Numbered from the stretch's first letter, positions 45,790-58,307 are shown. The stretch: 64,000 nucleotides of DNA from an uncultured Nitrososphaerales archaeon (GCA_963713605.1 CAVQMO010000001.1:640001-704000); one strand, 5' to 3'. A program made the numbers and translations. Notes: generated by a model not told the origin, from the letters alone.

Positions 45790-47051
45790 ATGAGTAGTGG
45801 CGCAGAAGAATCGGCATTGAAAGGCAGGCTATTATAGGCTAATGCTCTATGCAGGGTTATTCGGTGGTCTTTCCTCTCTTATAACTACTGGATACATCAC
45901 ACTCTACAACCAGGGTGTCAACTTTTTGGGCAGCATAGCGTATTCCTATTTAACATTAACTTTTGGCCGCTTATTCTGTTGGGAGTAGCCGGTGTTTTCA
46001 TTGGCCTTGTCATCAAGTTCGTTGGGCAGCATCGGAGGACTGGGAGTTGCTCAAACCCAATACGCGCAGACCGGTGGCCTCAACTACCGTAACCTACCAA
46101 GTATCCTTCTTCAAGGATTTATAGCATTATGGAGTGGTGCAGCAGTTGGTCCGGTGGGAACGCTTGTTTTTCTTGCAGGTGGATTAGGTACCTTTGTCTC
46201 CGAACGACTTAAGCTTCAGAAGGACGACATACAAGTATTAACTTACAGTGCCATTGCAGGGGCACTTGGCGGTTTCTTTGGATCTCCGATACATTGGAGC
46301 CGTTTATGCAGTCGAATACATGTTGATCAAGGAGCTGAAATTGGTATCGTCACCTCATCCCTGGGCTCATAGCAGGAGCTGTGGGTTATGGTGTCTACTT
46401 TGCGATTTTACATACGTCATTTCTAGGTGTATACAGCTTCCCTGACTTTGCCTCCCTTCGTGTAGTCGACCTGGTCTGGGCATTGCTGGTGGGAATGATT
46501 GCGGCACTAATCGGGACCTTGTTCAAGTTGGTATTCGGACTTGTCCATCGTGTTTTTGGCCGACTTAACAAGAGACCAGTCATCCTTGCCATCATAGGCG
46601 GCTTATCATTGGCTTGATTGGTTCATTTCTTCCACTAACACTTTACTCTGGCCAGCACCAGTTGCTAGAAATCATTCGAAACCCGGCTTCATTTGGTATA
46701 GGGATACTACTGCTGATGATGCTGGTAAAGATTTTACTTACAGGTACATCGTTTGCTACAGGATTTGAAGGGGATCCAATGTTTCCATTACTATTTATAG
46801 GAGGTACGCTAGGACAGGTCCTATCAGAAATTCTAACATTCATTCCACAGGGTGTGGGTGTACTTGCAGGTATGGCAGGTGTCGCATGTGCTTTCCTCCC
46901 GATTCCCTTATCAGTTGCTCTCCTACTGGGGTTATTCGGAGGACAGACTGACCTAATACCAGTCATTGTCATTGGAGCAGTAACAGGTTTCATTGTGTCC
47001 AAGGCACTCACCCCACTGCTTCCCAAACAGCCAGGTAGTAACAAACAATGA
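45790..47051 (+). pseudogene. ClC-family paralog of 16983-18269 with several frameshifts
   Basis: Colinear pieces in ORFs 45992, 46248, 46381 and 46614; GPEGP is replaced by GPVGT. Confidence 0.8.
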
Positions 47052-47216
47052 TATTGAGTGACGACGTGGCATGAACCTTTAAAGCAGTAAGTCTCCAACT
47101 ACAGTAACATCCATTCTAGATATAACTACCATTACAAGATTACGATATCTAAGAACATAACTAACCATCTAGATGCAACAGTTAGTCGGCATAATCTTAT
47201 ATTGATGAATAAAGTT

Positions 47217-47513
47217 TCAATATTGGCGACACAGTATCCGTAAGAATGGGTGAAACATTACCTCTACAGCCTCTCGTCTTTTCGCCTCCAGCGTTTTCAA
47301 GACATTATTTATTGCCTCTGCTATAAGCCTATGACCTTCTGCGTTGCCTACTTGGTCGCCATGGAAATAGCCCTCAGCCAATGCTGCTTGCCTATAGAAC
47401 TCTAGTGATAAATATCCCATAGTGTGTGTCATATCCGAACGGTTGATATTGTCGAGGAGATCGCCCAAATTTCTAAGTCTCTTTTCTCTCTTATCCGCCG
47501 GCTTGTAAGACAT
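47217..47513 (-). CDS. Small hypothetical protein similar to 20970-21269
   Basis: MSYKPADKREKRLRNLGDLL...HRLIAEAINNVLKTLE; own ATG at 47513. Confidence 0.6.
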   Translation of the reverse strand: MSYKPADKREKRLRNLGDLLDNINRSDMTHTMGYLSLEFYRQAALAEGYFHGDQVGNAEGHRLIAEAINNVLKTLEAKRREAVEVMFHPFLRILCRQY

Positions 47514-47549
47514 AGCAATCACTATCCAATATTCAAATGTTGCAATATT

Positions 47550-47975
47550 TATTGTTAGAAACAGGCTCTTCAGTCGCTTGATTAGTTCGATGGCTAACTC
47601 GATGCGGGGGCCTGTAACTATACACATCTGTGATCCTTTCAGATTATCATCCCGTAAGCATAACCACGACATATAACGTAGCATCAACTCAGTAATGCCT
47701 AATCCAGTAAGCTTTCTTTATCCATACCTGCTTGTGATTCTGTAGTGTGTACTATACTGGCTTTTCGTAATCGAATAATGGATAAGGTTGACCATTCTTT
47801 TGATATGATATGGTTTAGCGTTCTGATATCTTGTGGATTATACCAGTTATAGAATGGCAAACCTTTCAGTAGTTCAAACTGCCCTAATGTTGAACTACCA
47901 GGCTTTTGGTCGTACTTATCTAGTATCTTTCCAATCCTATTACATTAATCAATATTCTCTCACGTTTCTGACATG
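47550..47975 (-). mobile_element. Terminase-like remnant G (N-terminal ATPase part)
   Basis: LKGLPFYNW, PLFDYEK, HKQVWIKKA/TGLGITE (variant Walker A), MCIVTGPRIELAIELIKRLKSLF. Confidence 0.72.
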
Positions 47976-48464
47976 GATATAGAACCTAACAAGTCAGAGA
48001 AGAATATTGTCACCATTTCGATAGCTTGGTATCAATCTGATACAGCAGTACCCAAGCGATTTTACTGACTATGGGTACTCATAGTAGCCACCGGTAAGTA
48101 CAATACTGTCGCGTTCGGAATCGGGTACTAACGTCTCCACCTTCTCTCGCTTTTTGTGCTCTGGAGTAACCATTCGGTCAGTCTGATACATACGTACCAT
48201 CTCAGGTATTTCTTTTCTTCTTGTATGTCTTGTATGTCATTTATTTCTGATGAAAGATATCTCTTCCGAGACGACGAGAATGCAAAATGTAAATAAATTT
48301 CGTACTGCACCCAACATGGAGTTTGGACTATCTGAGTTGGAGTTATTCACCTTTTTACCTTAAACCATAAAGACTATTTTATTGCACAGGAATTGAAAAT
48401 CCCTTTCCGGAGTTTGCTGGAATGAAACGAGAGATTTAGTGTGGCTGCTTGAAGAATCGAATGA

Positions 48465-48541
48465 AAATGGCCTTGAGATTGACAATGGGTGAGATCACTA
48501 AGGAGACGTATTTAGATCTGCTAAGGCTGTTGTCTGAGTAA
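48465..48541 (+). pseudogene. Remnant matching the tail of the 15338-15730 channel remnant
   Basis: LRLTMGEITKETYLDLLRLLSE* versus IRLVKGEITKET.LDLLGLLSE*. Confidence 0.55.
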
Positions 48542-48654
48542 CAATAATAGACGATACTAAGTCATCATTATGTGTCTACGGTAAGAAGATTGAGAAACTT
48601 ATCATGAATATCTACTCATCAATTAACCGGAGATACACGCTACTTGATATGAAG

Positions 48655-49425
48655 TCAAGCTGCCTGCTCAGGCGCTACGACTCTAAAATCTCTAAAGTCA
48701 AGTAATCCAAATTCACTAATGAAATTGTCTATTACTTGCTTGTACTCATTCAGGTCGAGGCCCTTCTCAAGCCTTCCTCTGTTGAGGTTTGTAATCATCT
48801 TAGTGAATCTTTCCAAGTTCATCGCCAATCCATAGTAGTCTCGCACCCTTGCTAATGTCGTTTCATAGTGGCTTTTCATGCCTGAAGCAGTAGCGTCCGA
48901 AACTAACACGATGTCATAGCCCAGATTGAATGCATCTCTGATTGAAGTTTCTACGCATATCGAAGTGTCAACCCCACAAAAGATTAGGACATTAATACCA
49001 ACACTTTGTAGCCATACTCTGAGCTCTGTATCTTGAAATGCTGAATCTCTCCTTTTTATAATTACATGATCGCCTTCGTCTTCTTTGGGCTTTAACTCAT
49101 CAATCGTTTGAGCATCCCATGTTCCCCTCACGCAAATCGGTATCTTCAATCTTTCTTCCCTGGACTTGGGTAAAAGTGTGTGAATTTTGGTCAGGAGATC
49201 TATCCCACTTGCTTCCCTAACTGATTCAGTATAGAATACCGGTATATCTAAAGATTTGCAAAAGTCAATAAGCTCCCTAACTTTAGGAATAATCTCTCTA
49301 TATAATGGTGTGTTCATTCCTAGTTTGTCGTATGATCCCTCTTTAGCTACGAATCCATTCTGCATATCGACTACTACGAGACCTAAATTAATCTTAGCAG
49401 CCCCGCCGAGTTGGACTTCGAACAT
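48655..49425 (-). CDS. Isochorismatase-family cysteine hydrolase (paralog of 29759-30517)
   Basis: VVDMQNGF, IIKRRDSAF, GVDTSICVETSIRDA. Confidence 0.93.
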   Translation of the reverse strand: MFEVQLGGAAKINLGLVVVDMQNGFVAKEGSYDKLGMNTPLYREIIPKVRELIDFCKSLDIPVFYTESVREASGIDLLTKIHTLLPKSREERLKIPICVRGTWDAQTIDELKPKEDEGDHVIIKRRDSAFQDTELRVWLQSVGINVLIFCGVDTSICVETSIRDAFNLGYDIVLVSDATASGMKSHYETTLARVRDYYGLAMNLERFTKMITNLNRGRLEKGLDLNEYKQVIDNFISEFGLLDFRDFRVVAPEQAA

Positions 49426-50665
49426 ATTACGATATATTCGATGTGTTGTAAATAAACATGTCTGTTATTTTGAACTAATGTAAGATGCATAATGATCGTA
49501 TTAATTAGACATAGACCTGTCTATACCTTAGGGAGACGTATATAATCACGACAAAACTATGATGAAATGCTTTGCTTCTTCGTTAGGCAAGGACGGAAAA
49601 CACTGCATGGTGACATCATCTTTTTAATAATACAAGTACTTTAGAATAATATATCTGGTCGTGAAGCCTGTCAAGTTAGAACCAAGGGGATGGTTTGGAG
49701 TCTGGTACACCGGTGACAGGATTGAGTCTTATCCTCAATATTAATACTAAACCCGCTCTAATTGGTATTGTCTCAAAAATAGGTATCGAGGATTTCTTTC
49801 AATGTACCTTTCGAAAGTTGTACTTCTTTTCTGTTTGCTATGCAGTACTACTCCTCTGAAGGATTTCATTTTGTCCTCTCATTAGAGACTATAATTTATG
49901 TTTAGCATAGATGGAACTGCCATTTTTAGATTGAAAATGATATCCTTTGGAGGTAAGCAGGAACCTCAAAGGTAACGATGTACTGCACCTTAGCGGTCAG
50001 ATTCGTATTAAATCGCATGTGGATAAAGTAGGGTACTTACGAAAGAAATTCATTCCGTGGCGAAGGATTAACAAAGGTATTGCTTAACGTTCATCACATG
50101 ATATTTTTATCACTGGTTCACTTTCTAGCACGTCATCGGTCTTTTATTGTATAGGTTCAAGTGGATTTGAGAAAGCCCAAACTCTTTAGATACGGACGGG
50201 GCATAGTGATAGATACCTAGAAGACTTAGATGGAATGTAGACTCAAAAAAAGAGCCTGGAAAGTTTGATTCTGATTATTTGTTAAGATGGTGAAAGCCGT
50301 GGAGGTTGCCACACCAGAATGGAAGGAAATCTGTGATATTGATCACTATATAAGATGGAAGACCGGTTAACTAGAAATTAGTCGGGATCTTCTAGTTCCA
50401 TCAGTTCTAACTATGATGCTGTCAAAGATAGAGATGACAAGCAAAGGAACGGATAGTTCAAACGATAAAAAAACACCTTGGTGTCTACTTCATAAGGATA
50501 TGTGCGATATATCGCAGGTAGGAGAGAACGGACTCGACTCTCAAAGGTAGAAGTGAATATATAGGCAGTTTTAGTTACGCTGCACCATTCATAGTATTTT
50601 GTAACTGGCTTAATATTTGCAACTAAGTGTAACCTTATAAAGGTCACATAAAAACAGATAATATA

Positions 50666-51253
50666 TTGCAAACGACCGAGTCTCAGCCTTGGCTTAGGAT
50701 ACTTCAGATCGTTTTAGGCGGAATATGCATACTGTTATCTCTCGTTATTTTAGCATACATTGGTCCCGCATTATTGACAATTATTTTGATTCTTTCGGTG
50801 ATTTTGCTAATCGTCGGAATTGAGAGGATAGCTGTTGGGATAGCTATGCCGACATCTTCCAGAGGATCACGCTACGCTAATATTGGAATTGGTCTGCTAG
50901 TAATAGCCTTTTCTATTGTACTTATGCAATTCCCAGTATTCACATCAGCGATTTTAGTTGTTCTGGCTGCAATCGCCTTACTCATAAATGGTATTGCGAG
51001 GATAATACAGGGTATATCATCCAAGTCTTCAGCTTCATCAAGAGCTTTTCGTATAGGCGTAGGAATTCTCAGTGTTGCAGTATCTATTTTAGTTATAGCA
51101 CAACCAATATCATTCGGGTTGGTTCTATTCGCTATTATGATTTCTATTGCATTTCTAATAAGCGGAATAGAGATGATGGTATTGGGAATATCTGGCAGAG
51201 AACGGTACTCGAAGATCTATCACTTCGGCTTAAACAGGAAGTTAGCTATCTGA
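50666..51253 (+). CDS. HdeD/DUF308-like membrane protein
   Basis: Six TMs in three repeated hairpins with LLIVGIERI / LLINGIARI / FLISGIEMM. Confidence 0.82.
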   Translation: MQTTESQPWLRILQIVLGGICILLSLVILAYIGPALLTIILILSVILLIVGIERIAVGIAMPTSSRGSRYANIGIGLLVIAFSIVLMQFPVFTSAILVVLAAIALLINGIARIIQGISSKSSASSRAFRIGVGILSVAVSILVIAQPISFGLVLFAIMISIAFLISGIEMMVLGISGRERYSKIYHFGLNRKLAI

Positions 51254-51315
51254 ATTTGTAATGGCATTACAACTTTTTATAAGACTTCAGAGAATCCATA
51301 TTGCTCTTGTTATTC

Positions 51316-52833
51316 TCACGTGATGTCTTTGACTGTTAACGGCGTCATCTTAGTAGCAAGGTGTTTCATTCTGATACCTAGGAACACAGATGCAATTGCC
51401 ATTACAACTCCCATCCCAAACACAATGTTAAACGCGACTGGACTTGGATAACTTCCCTCAACATTATCAACGGTAATAGAGACCGTAACAGATGTTAGAA
51501 TTACAGTTGTGATAACTGGACCTATTGCACCTCCTACAATTCTCATCATATTTGTAATAGCTGAGGAAATTCCAGTGTATTCTCTAGGTGAAAATGAAAT
51601 AATCGTGTTAATAAATGTGGTTGGTAATAGTGCTCCAGCGATACCAAATAAGAAGAGTGCACCATTAATAGATTGTGATGTCGAATGGAATAACAAAAGC
51701 AACAAAAATGAAACAGCGGCAATTACAATGCCAGGTACCAGCAACTTCAAATTGAGTCCTCTTCTTTTTGCTATAATCAACCCGAAAATTGGCCCAAAGA
51801 TCATCATTGATAGTCCAAATGCCAACTGTAGAAATCCCACTTTGTCTGGTTCTAGTCCTAACCCTGATGGGGAAGGAGCAGCTCCCAACTGCGGAATGCC
51901 TGTAATAACGAAATACTGTAAAATACCGAACATCAACATTGTGATGTTTCCAATAAAAATAACTGGATGAAAAACTAACTTCAAGTTAACCAATGGATAT
52001 TTTACTCGCTTTTCCACAATTAGGAAAAGCACAAGAAAGATAACTCCGATGGCGAGAGGAACTATAAACGCTATTGGATTAGTGGCAATTGATCCACTGG
52101 ATGTTATTGCTATGAGAAAACTGACGAGGGTCACAGCCATCGTTATAATACCTATAAAGTCTATCCGTTGCTTTCTAGCCTGCTTCTCAGAGTTAGTAGG
52201 AATATCAACATGATCATGCTCGTGTATCTTCTTACTTTCATCGGCGTGAATGAACCTCCAGCATGCAAGTGACAAAATTACTGCAATAGGAGCGCAAAAG
52301 TAGAAATTGGCTTGCCAACCTGCGCCAGCAGCTACTATAGGTCCTAACACGGCTCCTAGCGCCATGCCCCCAGAATAGGCGGCGAGATATATACTTAAGC
52401 CAATAGGAAATTTGCTTTTCGGGAACTGATCTCTTATTAATTTAGTTGAAATCGGGGTACTAGCTATTGCTACTCCTTGAAGTGCCCTAATGGCAATGAG
52501 GGTGGATATGTCATCTGCAAATGGTGCCAAGATAGTTCCCACAGTAAAACATGCCATCATAATCATTAGCATTTTCTTGGCTCCAACAAGGTCTGACAAC
52601 CTTCCCATTATGACTGTCATAACAGCTCCTGTAACCATGTATGCTGTCATCACCCACGATGAAAGAGCTTCGGATATTTGAAATTCTTCAGCTATAGCTG
52701 GAATAGCCGGTGCCATGGCAGTATTAAGAAAGAGAAACATCACAATAGTACACGCTAATAATAAAAGTGTTTTCCACGCATTAAATGATATTTGTTCTGC
52801 AGGAGGAGGTCTGGTATCGGCAGTCGTAGACAA
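51316..52833 (-). CDS. MFS transporter (14-TM DHA2-like)
   Basis: PAIPAIAEEF, WVMTAYM, GRLSDLVGAKK motif A, RALQG, IDFIG. Confidence 0.93.
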   Translation of the reverse strand: MSTTADTRPPPAEQISFNAWKTLLLLACTIVMFLFLNTAMAPAIPAIAEEFQISEALSSWVMTAYMVTGAVMTVIMGRLSDLVGAKKMLMIMMACFTVGTILAPFADDISTLIAIRALQGVAIASTPISTKLIRDQFPKSKFPIGLSIYLAAYSGGMALGAVLGPIVAAGAGWQANFYFCAPIAVILSLACWRFIHADESKKIHEHDHVDIPTNSEKQARKQRIDFIGIITMAVTLVSFLIAITSSGSIATNPIAFIVPLAIGVIFLVLFLIVEKRVKYPLVNLKLVFHPVIFIGNITMLMFGILQYFVITGIPQLGAAPSPSGLGLEPDKVGFLQLAFGLSMMIFGPIFGLIIAKRRGLNLKLLVPGIVIAAVSFLLLLLFHSTSQSINGALFLFGIAGALLPTTFINTIISFSPREYTGISSAITNMMRIVGGAIGPVITTVILTSVTVSITVDNVEGSYPSPVAFNIVFGMGVVMAIASVFLGIRMKHLATKMTPLTVKDIT

Positions 52834-53094
52834 TTGGCACTATCAACACTTACAAGTATTTAAGATTAAATTCAGATGATTTCAGATGATATCCATCGGT
52901 TCTCGGCTGGTAGTACTAACCTGGAGATATATACATAGTCCTGCCTGACATTCAACAAGTATTTTTTAGATCCCAAATCGAAACTTAATTGATACTTTCT
53001 TTTCCCTTGATACTCACCATCTTAATTCTCCAGTCTTTGTGAGCTCTGAGCCACTACTCTTATCGGTATTAGAGTAATTTTCGCACGGCATGAC

Positions 53095-53365
53095 TGATGA
53101 ATTTCCCGTACTCTGTTTTTCTTGATCAGTCTTCCTTAGGATAGCTGTCAAATGTAATTGGAATACCATCTGCGACATCAACTGCCACCAGTGGGAGCCT
53201 TGTGTGGTGGCTATTGGAAATTTTGCAAACCGTTCTTCGTTACTATAGCGATACCAGGTATTATCTGAATCATAAAATTTACTGTCACGTGTAGGTCCAT
53301 GGGGATAAAACACAGTTGGTACTCCAAATATTGCAAACTCTTTAGCTGAAAAGTACCTTCTTCGG
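53095..53365 (-). pseudogene. Internal fragment of a fourth patatin-like gene
   Basis: RRYFSAKEFAIFGVPTVF...NTWYRYS..ERFAKFPIAT / VAVDVADG...FDSY..ED.SRKTEYG. Confidence 0.85.
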
Positions 53366-53436
53366 CTTGGATAGTTGACATCCAAAAGTAAAACTAGCAC
53401 AATAGGTCTAGACCGGTTTTAATTTTAGGCTGTGGC

Positions 53437-53910
53437 TCAAGAATGCCTGACAATATCATGCCTACTTTTAACTATCATTAGGACGTACGAGGCCGCAACA
53501 GGAATAAGAAGCAAGAACGCAACATTTAGAACTGGATCGTTTAATGCACCAGATAACAGAGCATTAGTGATGTATCGTACGAGTATAACTGTGACAGGAA
53601 CAATTAGTGCAAAATAAGCAATTAGATAGAGTCTCTTCGTAAAGACAGAAAGTTTGTGTTCCTGTCCAATATACAGACCAAAGATTACAAATGCCAATCC
53701 CATCATGAAGACAATAATGGTCAGGTTTAGCTGGATGATACTTCCTTGTCTTGATTGTTCCAAAAGCTCAATTATGGTATCAAGACGATCTGCTGTCTCT
53801 CCACTCGTGTCTTGACCAAACACTGCTTGCTGGGCACAAACGGCACAACCCATATCGAACGGTGTAAGTAAAAGCAACAGCAAAGTAATCTTCAAATGAA
53901 TCGAAAACAA
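53437..53910 (-). CDS. Hypothetical membrane protein (paralog at 63832-64000)
   Basis: Signal-like N-terminus plus three TMs. Confidence 0.7.
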   Translation of the reverse strand: MFSIHLKITLLLLLLTPFDMGCAVCAQQAVFGQDTSGETADRLDTIIELLEQSRQGSIIQLNLTIIVFMMGLAFVIFGLYIGQEHKLSVFTKRLYLIAYFALIVPVTVILVRYITNALLSGALNDPVLNVAFLLLIPVAASYVLMIVKSRHDIVRHS

Positions 53911-54282
53911 TCGAAATGACTATTTGGATGAGCGATAATTAAATCTATCAGACTCTGGCTCTATCAAGTCTAGACCAAGCCAAGTTTAATGGCCAGTAGA
54001 AAAGAATATTCATTACGATGAAAATAAATAGAAATCCTAAATATTATTGAGTTATTAATTATCCCATTCCCGGCAAAGGTAGACCGGACGAACGGAAGAG
54101 AATCAAGACGTAACTGAGTATATTTCTAGCAAAATACCTCTTACTGACCGTGACAACTGTCGCACCCAATATTATCTTAATACTTTCATACTTGACCAAA
54201 TAATCCCCTGACAAATTTAACTTCAGCAGATCGGCCTGAGTTAAAGCAGAATATAATAAGGTCATCTTCCAACTCAGTTCAT

Positions 54283-55681
54283 ATGGGAAAGCTACAGAAT
54301 AGCCAAAGAGCATTAGTCTTACAAGGTGGAGGCTCACTTGGTGCATATGAAGCAGGAGCCTACCAAGCATTATATGAAAGAATCACCAAAATAGACAGAG
54401 AAAAAGGAATAAGAGATAAACCATTTTCAGACGTTGTGGCAGGAACATCAATAGGTGCGATAAATGCTGCAATAATCGTAAGCTACGTAGCAGAAAATAA
54501 TACATGGGAAGGCTCTTCAGAAAGATTAAATGAGTTCTGGGAGTATTTGTCAAAGGAATCTCCATTAGATCAGATTCCAGCGTTTACAGCTTGGTGGGAT
54601 TATTTACACAACAACATAAACTCTGGTATTGCCTCTGGGGAGGCTGCAAGAAGATATTACTCAGCAAAGCAATTTGCGATTACAGGAGTACCTACAGTCT
54701 TTTCCCCTCTAATCCCACAATTTGATACTAGGTTTTTTGATTCGCAAAATATATGGTATCGTTTTGACAGCGAACCATTAAAAAGAAGTTTAGAGAGATT
54801 CGCAAAATTTCCAATAGCAACAAGTTTCGATGGGAAATCATCGTTGCCCCAACCAAGGCTCATCCTCATGAGTGTTGACGTTGCAGAAGGAGTTGCTGTA
54901 GCATTTGACAGTTACGAAACGGAAGATGGTTCCAGAAAATCTGAGTATGGAAAATATATTACACAAAACGGGAAAGAAGTAGGACTTCAACATATCATAA
55001 GATATAATGATGGAATTACATCAGAGCAAGTTATTGCAAGTGCGTCGGTGCCTATCAATTATAGCTATACCCCTTTAGAGGTTGAAAGTTACAATAGCAA
55101 TACAGCTGAACTATGAGAAGAATATCCGTTACTTCTGGGATGGGGGAATAATGAGTAACACTCCGTTAACACAACTTGTTCAACTACACCGTCTTTATTG
55201 GCTCAAAGTAAAGGGTTTAACAGACACTGTTCCAAAGTTAGAAATATGTATAGTCAACGTTCATCCAGTTAAACAAGATACAATTCCTTGGGATCATGAT
55301 GGTGTTACAAACAGAAGTAGTGATATAACCTATTCAGACAGAACACGACGGGAGCAACAAGCTTTATTACTTGTATCAGACTACGTCGACCTGGCAAGGA
55401 AATTAATAAAGATTGCAAAAGATCATGGGGCAAAAGATGAGATCATAAATAATTTGTTAAACAGTAACACTTTGAATCATGGCTTAGCAATGAAATCTAG
55501 AAAATATTCGGATATCCTTATAGGACAATTTGAAATAGGAAAAGTAGTACGAATAAACCGCAAGAATGATGAAAATACTATATCAAATAAAATATTTGAC
55601 TTTTCGCCCAAGACAATTGAGCACTTAAGAGAAAGTGGATATAGCAATACTATGGATCTTAGTGACGTGGAATTTAGTTGA
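54283..55681 (+). CDS. Patatin-like phospholipase, apparent frameshift near 55105
   Basis: QGGGSLGAY and GTSIG in 54283-55116; FWDGGIMSNTP and NKIFDFS in 55082-55681. Confidence 0.92.
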
Positions 55682-56455
55682 ACTACTAAACACATAACAA
55701 TATTCACGCGTTAGATTCGGTCAAAAGGTGCAAGAGCAATTAAGTAGTAGTAGTGGTCTGGATATTATAAGCATATGTGACAAAGCCCTGATTTGAAAAA
55801 CTTAGGGTTATCTTACTTACCCCAGTCATAAGTATTTCACTGGATGGCTGATCAATCATGTTTATTCTATTAGTCAATGATTCAGGGAGTTGATTGCTTT
55901 TTTGCTGTCAACTGTCATGTCTGAGCGGACAAGATGTGTAACCGACCGCGTATCGCCAGTACCGTTGCGTATACTCCTTGATTGTGTCAATCAGAGGTGT
56001 GAGTAGAGGCTTCGGGACCAAAGGTACTCTGGATCTAACAAATTGAATTCCATTACAAATGCTTCGAATTCTTCTGAAATATTATATATATCATTTTCGC
56101 CCTTTCTTAACTTGTCCAGATTATTTATAGCTCTTTTCGTTCACTATCCATCACTAATCTGGAGCAGAGAGCAGAGAGTGCATGGAAGTCGGAAACTCGT
56201 ATTCAATTTTAGTAGATTCTAAAAATAGGTACTTAGCAAAGAAAAGAGAAGTTACTTATCTTCAGTCCTTAGGTTTTATAGTCTATCTATCTAGTACCTC
56301 ATATAATATTCCTACGAGCAGAGTCACGATCGGAGTCAATTGTCGCAGTAAAGGTGGTTTGGATCTTCATAGTGTAATGTCAAGAACTAGCAATGATTAA
56401 ATCCAAGCCTAGAATACGTATTTTGTGGCTGAAGGCGAGCTGACTAGTAACTTTC

Positions 56456-57661
56456 ATGCTCAGCATTAGCCTATTACTAATTATTATCTCTGCAGTACGC
56501 CGTTACACTAGAAACTTTATCATACCCGGTGTAACTTTTCTGATGTTCCTTGGAGCAATCTTGGCAGCTGCTCCTATTGTTGGTTTTGAAGTAGACGAAT
56601 TCTACAATTTCATTGAAGGATTACCGGAAATAATACTATTTGTTATTATCCCTATTTTGATCTTTGATTCCGGACGCAAGTTGAAAATTGTACAGATCAA
56701 AAAAGAAGCTATACCAATAGGTTTCTTTGCAATTATAGGAGTAATATTAACTATCATAATTATAGGGATTGCAGTCAATGGCGTATTTCAGATTCCATTT
56801 ATTGATGCCTTGCTTCTTGGGGCTATTTTGGCTGCTACCGATCCTGTAGCCGTGGGTGTTATATTTAAGAAATTTCCAATTCCGCATAAGTTGAATATAA
56901 TTATTGAAGGTGAGTCTTTGTTTAACGATGCAACGGGAGTTATCTCCTTTAACGTAATCAGAGGGATAATCTTTTCGGGAGTTGCATTTTCACTACTTGA
57001 TGCGTCTATCTCTTTTATCTGGTCAATGGTTGGTGCAATTGCTCTTGGTACGGCAATAGGATGGGTTGGTGGAAAAGTTCTCGATAAGTGGAAGGCTGAT
57101 GAGTATGTCGATTTCACCTTTTCCTTAGGCCTGGCCATCAGTGGCTATATAATAGCGGACCACTTCCTGCATGTTTCTGGAGTAGTTACCACTTTGTTTA
57201 CTGCATTGCTACTCATTACTAAACACAAAGAGATTTCTACCGGTGTTAGAAAACTGTTTCATAAATACTGGGACTATTTAGGTTTCGTAACAAATAGTAT
57301 TCTGTTTTTCCTTATAGGAATTCCTTTGCTTGCTGTAGGAACAGCTGAAAGTATTGGGTATCCACTAATTCTCATCCTAGTAGCTCCATTTGCCATAATG
57401 ATGATGTCTAGAGCTGTTGTAGTATACGGTGGAAGTACTTTTTTAAGAATCTTTAGAGTAAAAATTCCTCTCAAATGGCAGAACGTTCTTACCCTTGGTG
57501 GGATAAGAGGAGGCATGACAGTAGCATTGGTTCTGTCACTTTCAGCAGAATATGAATTCAAGGATCTATTTATCAGTTTGATCATACCCCTAATTGCGAT
57601 TAATCTATTAGTAAATCCTATTTTATTGAATCAGTATCTGAAAAAATCGAAAATCACATAG
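56456..57661 (+). CDS. CPA1-family Na+/H+ antiporter (NhaP-like)
   Basis: LAATDPVAV, IEGESLFNDATG, HVSGV, GGIRGG motifs. Confidence 0.93.
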   Translation: MLSISLLLIIISAVRRYTRNFIIPGVTFLMFLGAILAAAPIVGFEVDEFYNFIEGLPEIILFVIIPILIFDSGRKLKIVQIKKEAIPIGFFAIIGVILTIIIIGIAVNGVFQIPFIDALLLGAILAATDPVAVGVIFKKFPIPHKLNIIIEGESLFNDATGVISFNVIRGIIFSGVAFSLLDASISFIWSMVGAIALGTAIGWVGGKVLDKWKADEYVDFTFSLGLAISGYIIADHFLHVSGVVTTLFTALLLITKHKEISTGVRKLFHKYWDYLGFVTNSILFFLIGIPLLAVGTAESIGYPLILILVAPFAIMMMSRAVVVYGGSTFLRIFRVKIPLKWQNVLTLGGIRGGMTVALVLSLSAEYEFKDLFISLIIPLIAINLLVNPILLNQYLKKSKIT

Positions 57662-58307
57662 TCAATTGAGTAGCCATATCCTTTCAACTGACTAATGTAT
57701 ATTAGGTGGGAACCTTACTTGCATTCTTGGAACTTAGCTGATACAGAACAAACCAGCTCTTTAGAAAATTAGATGTTGATCCTAGGAGGAATAGTATAGT
57801 TAGCAGTACTGATTTTATGAGTATCAAGGATTTCTTTAGATCAATTTCCTCTTCCAAAGGATCTCCTTCTACAGAAAATGACTATGGATAGTCTTCAGTC
57901 CGAGAGGCATATCCCATTTTAGCTTGGTTTATTGAGTAGAGTTATTACATTAATCAACATAGAGAAGTCGAATAGGAATTGAGAATCTTAAATTGAAAAT
58001 TAACTACATCTTTTAGTTTGTGAAGTTTAATAATAAAAATTATGTCTTAAGATGCCTTGAATGACAGTGAGGATCTGCATGAGATTCAAAATCATCCCCA
58101 TTTGTCTGTAGAATTCACTATAATATTCTCAAAATAAAAGCCAAAGAAATCTGGACGATAACCCTCTATGTTTGCATATATTGGAGCTGTAGGAACGAGA
58201 AGTCAAAAAATAGCTACACATGGAATAGCAGTGGTATAATCAAAAACCGAACTACAAATTCGGTGTATATAAGAAAGCTTAATTACTTCACTCGGGGAAT
58301 ATGGCTT

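Noticed and set aside
47217..47687. Single 156-aa ORF from the track
   Set aside because: Chimera of terminase remnant G and a separate small gene with its own ATG at 47513.
50502..50515. Perfect palindrome tgcgatatatcgca as a further copy of the dispersed repeat
   Set aside because: Arms are arranged differently and the GTTACTAGTT part is absent; it could be an unrelated operator upstream of the HdeD-like gene.
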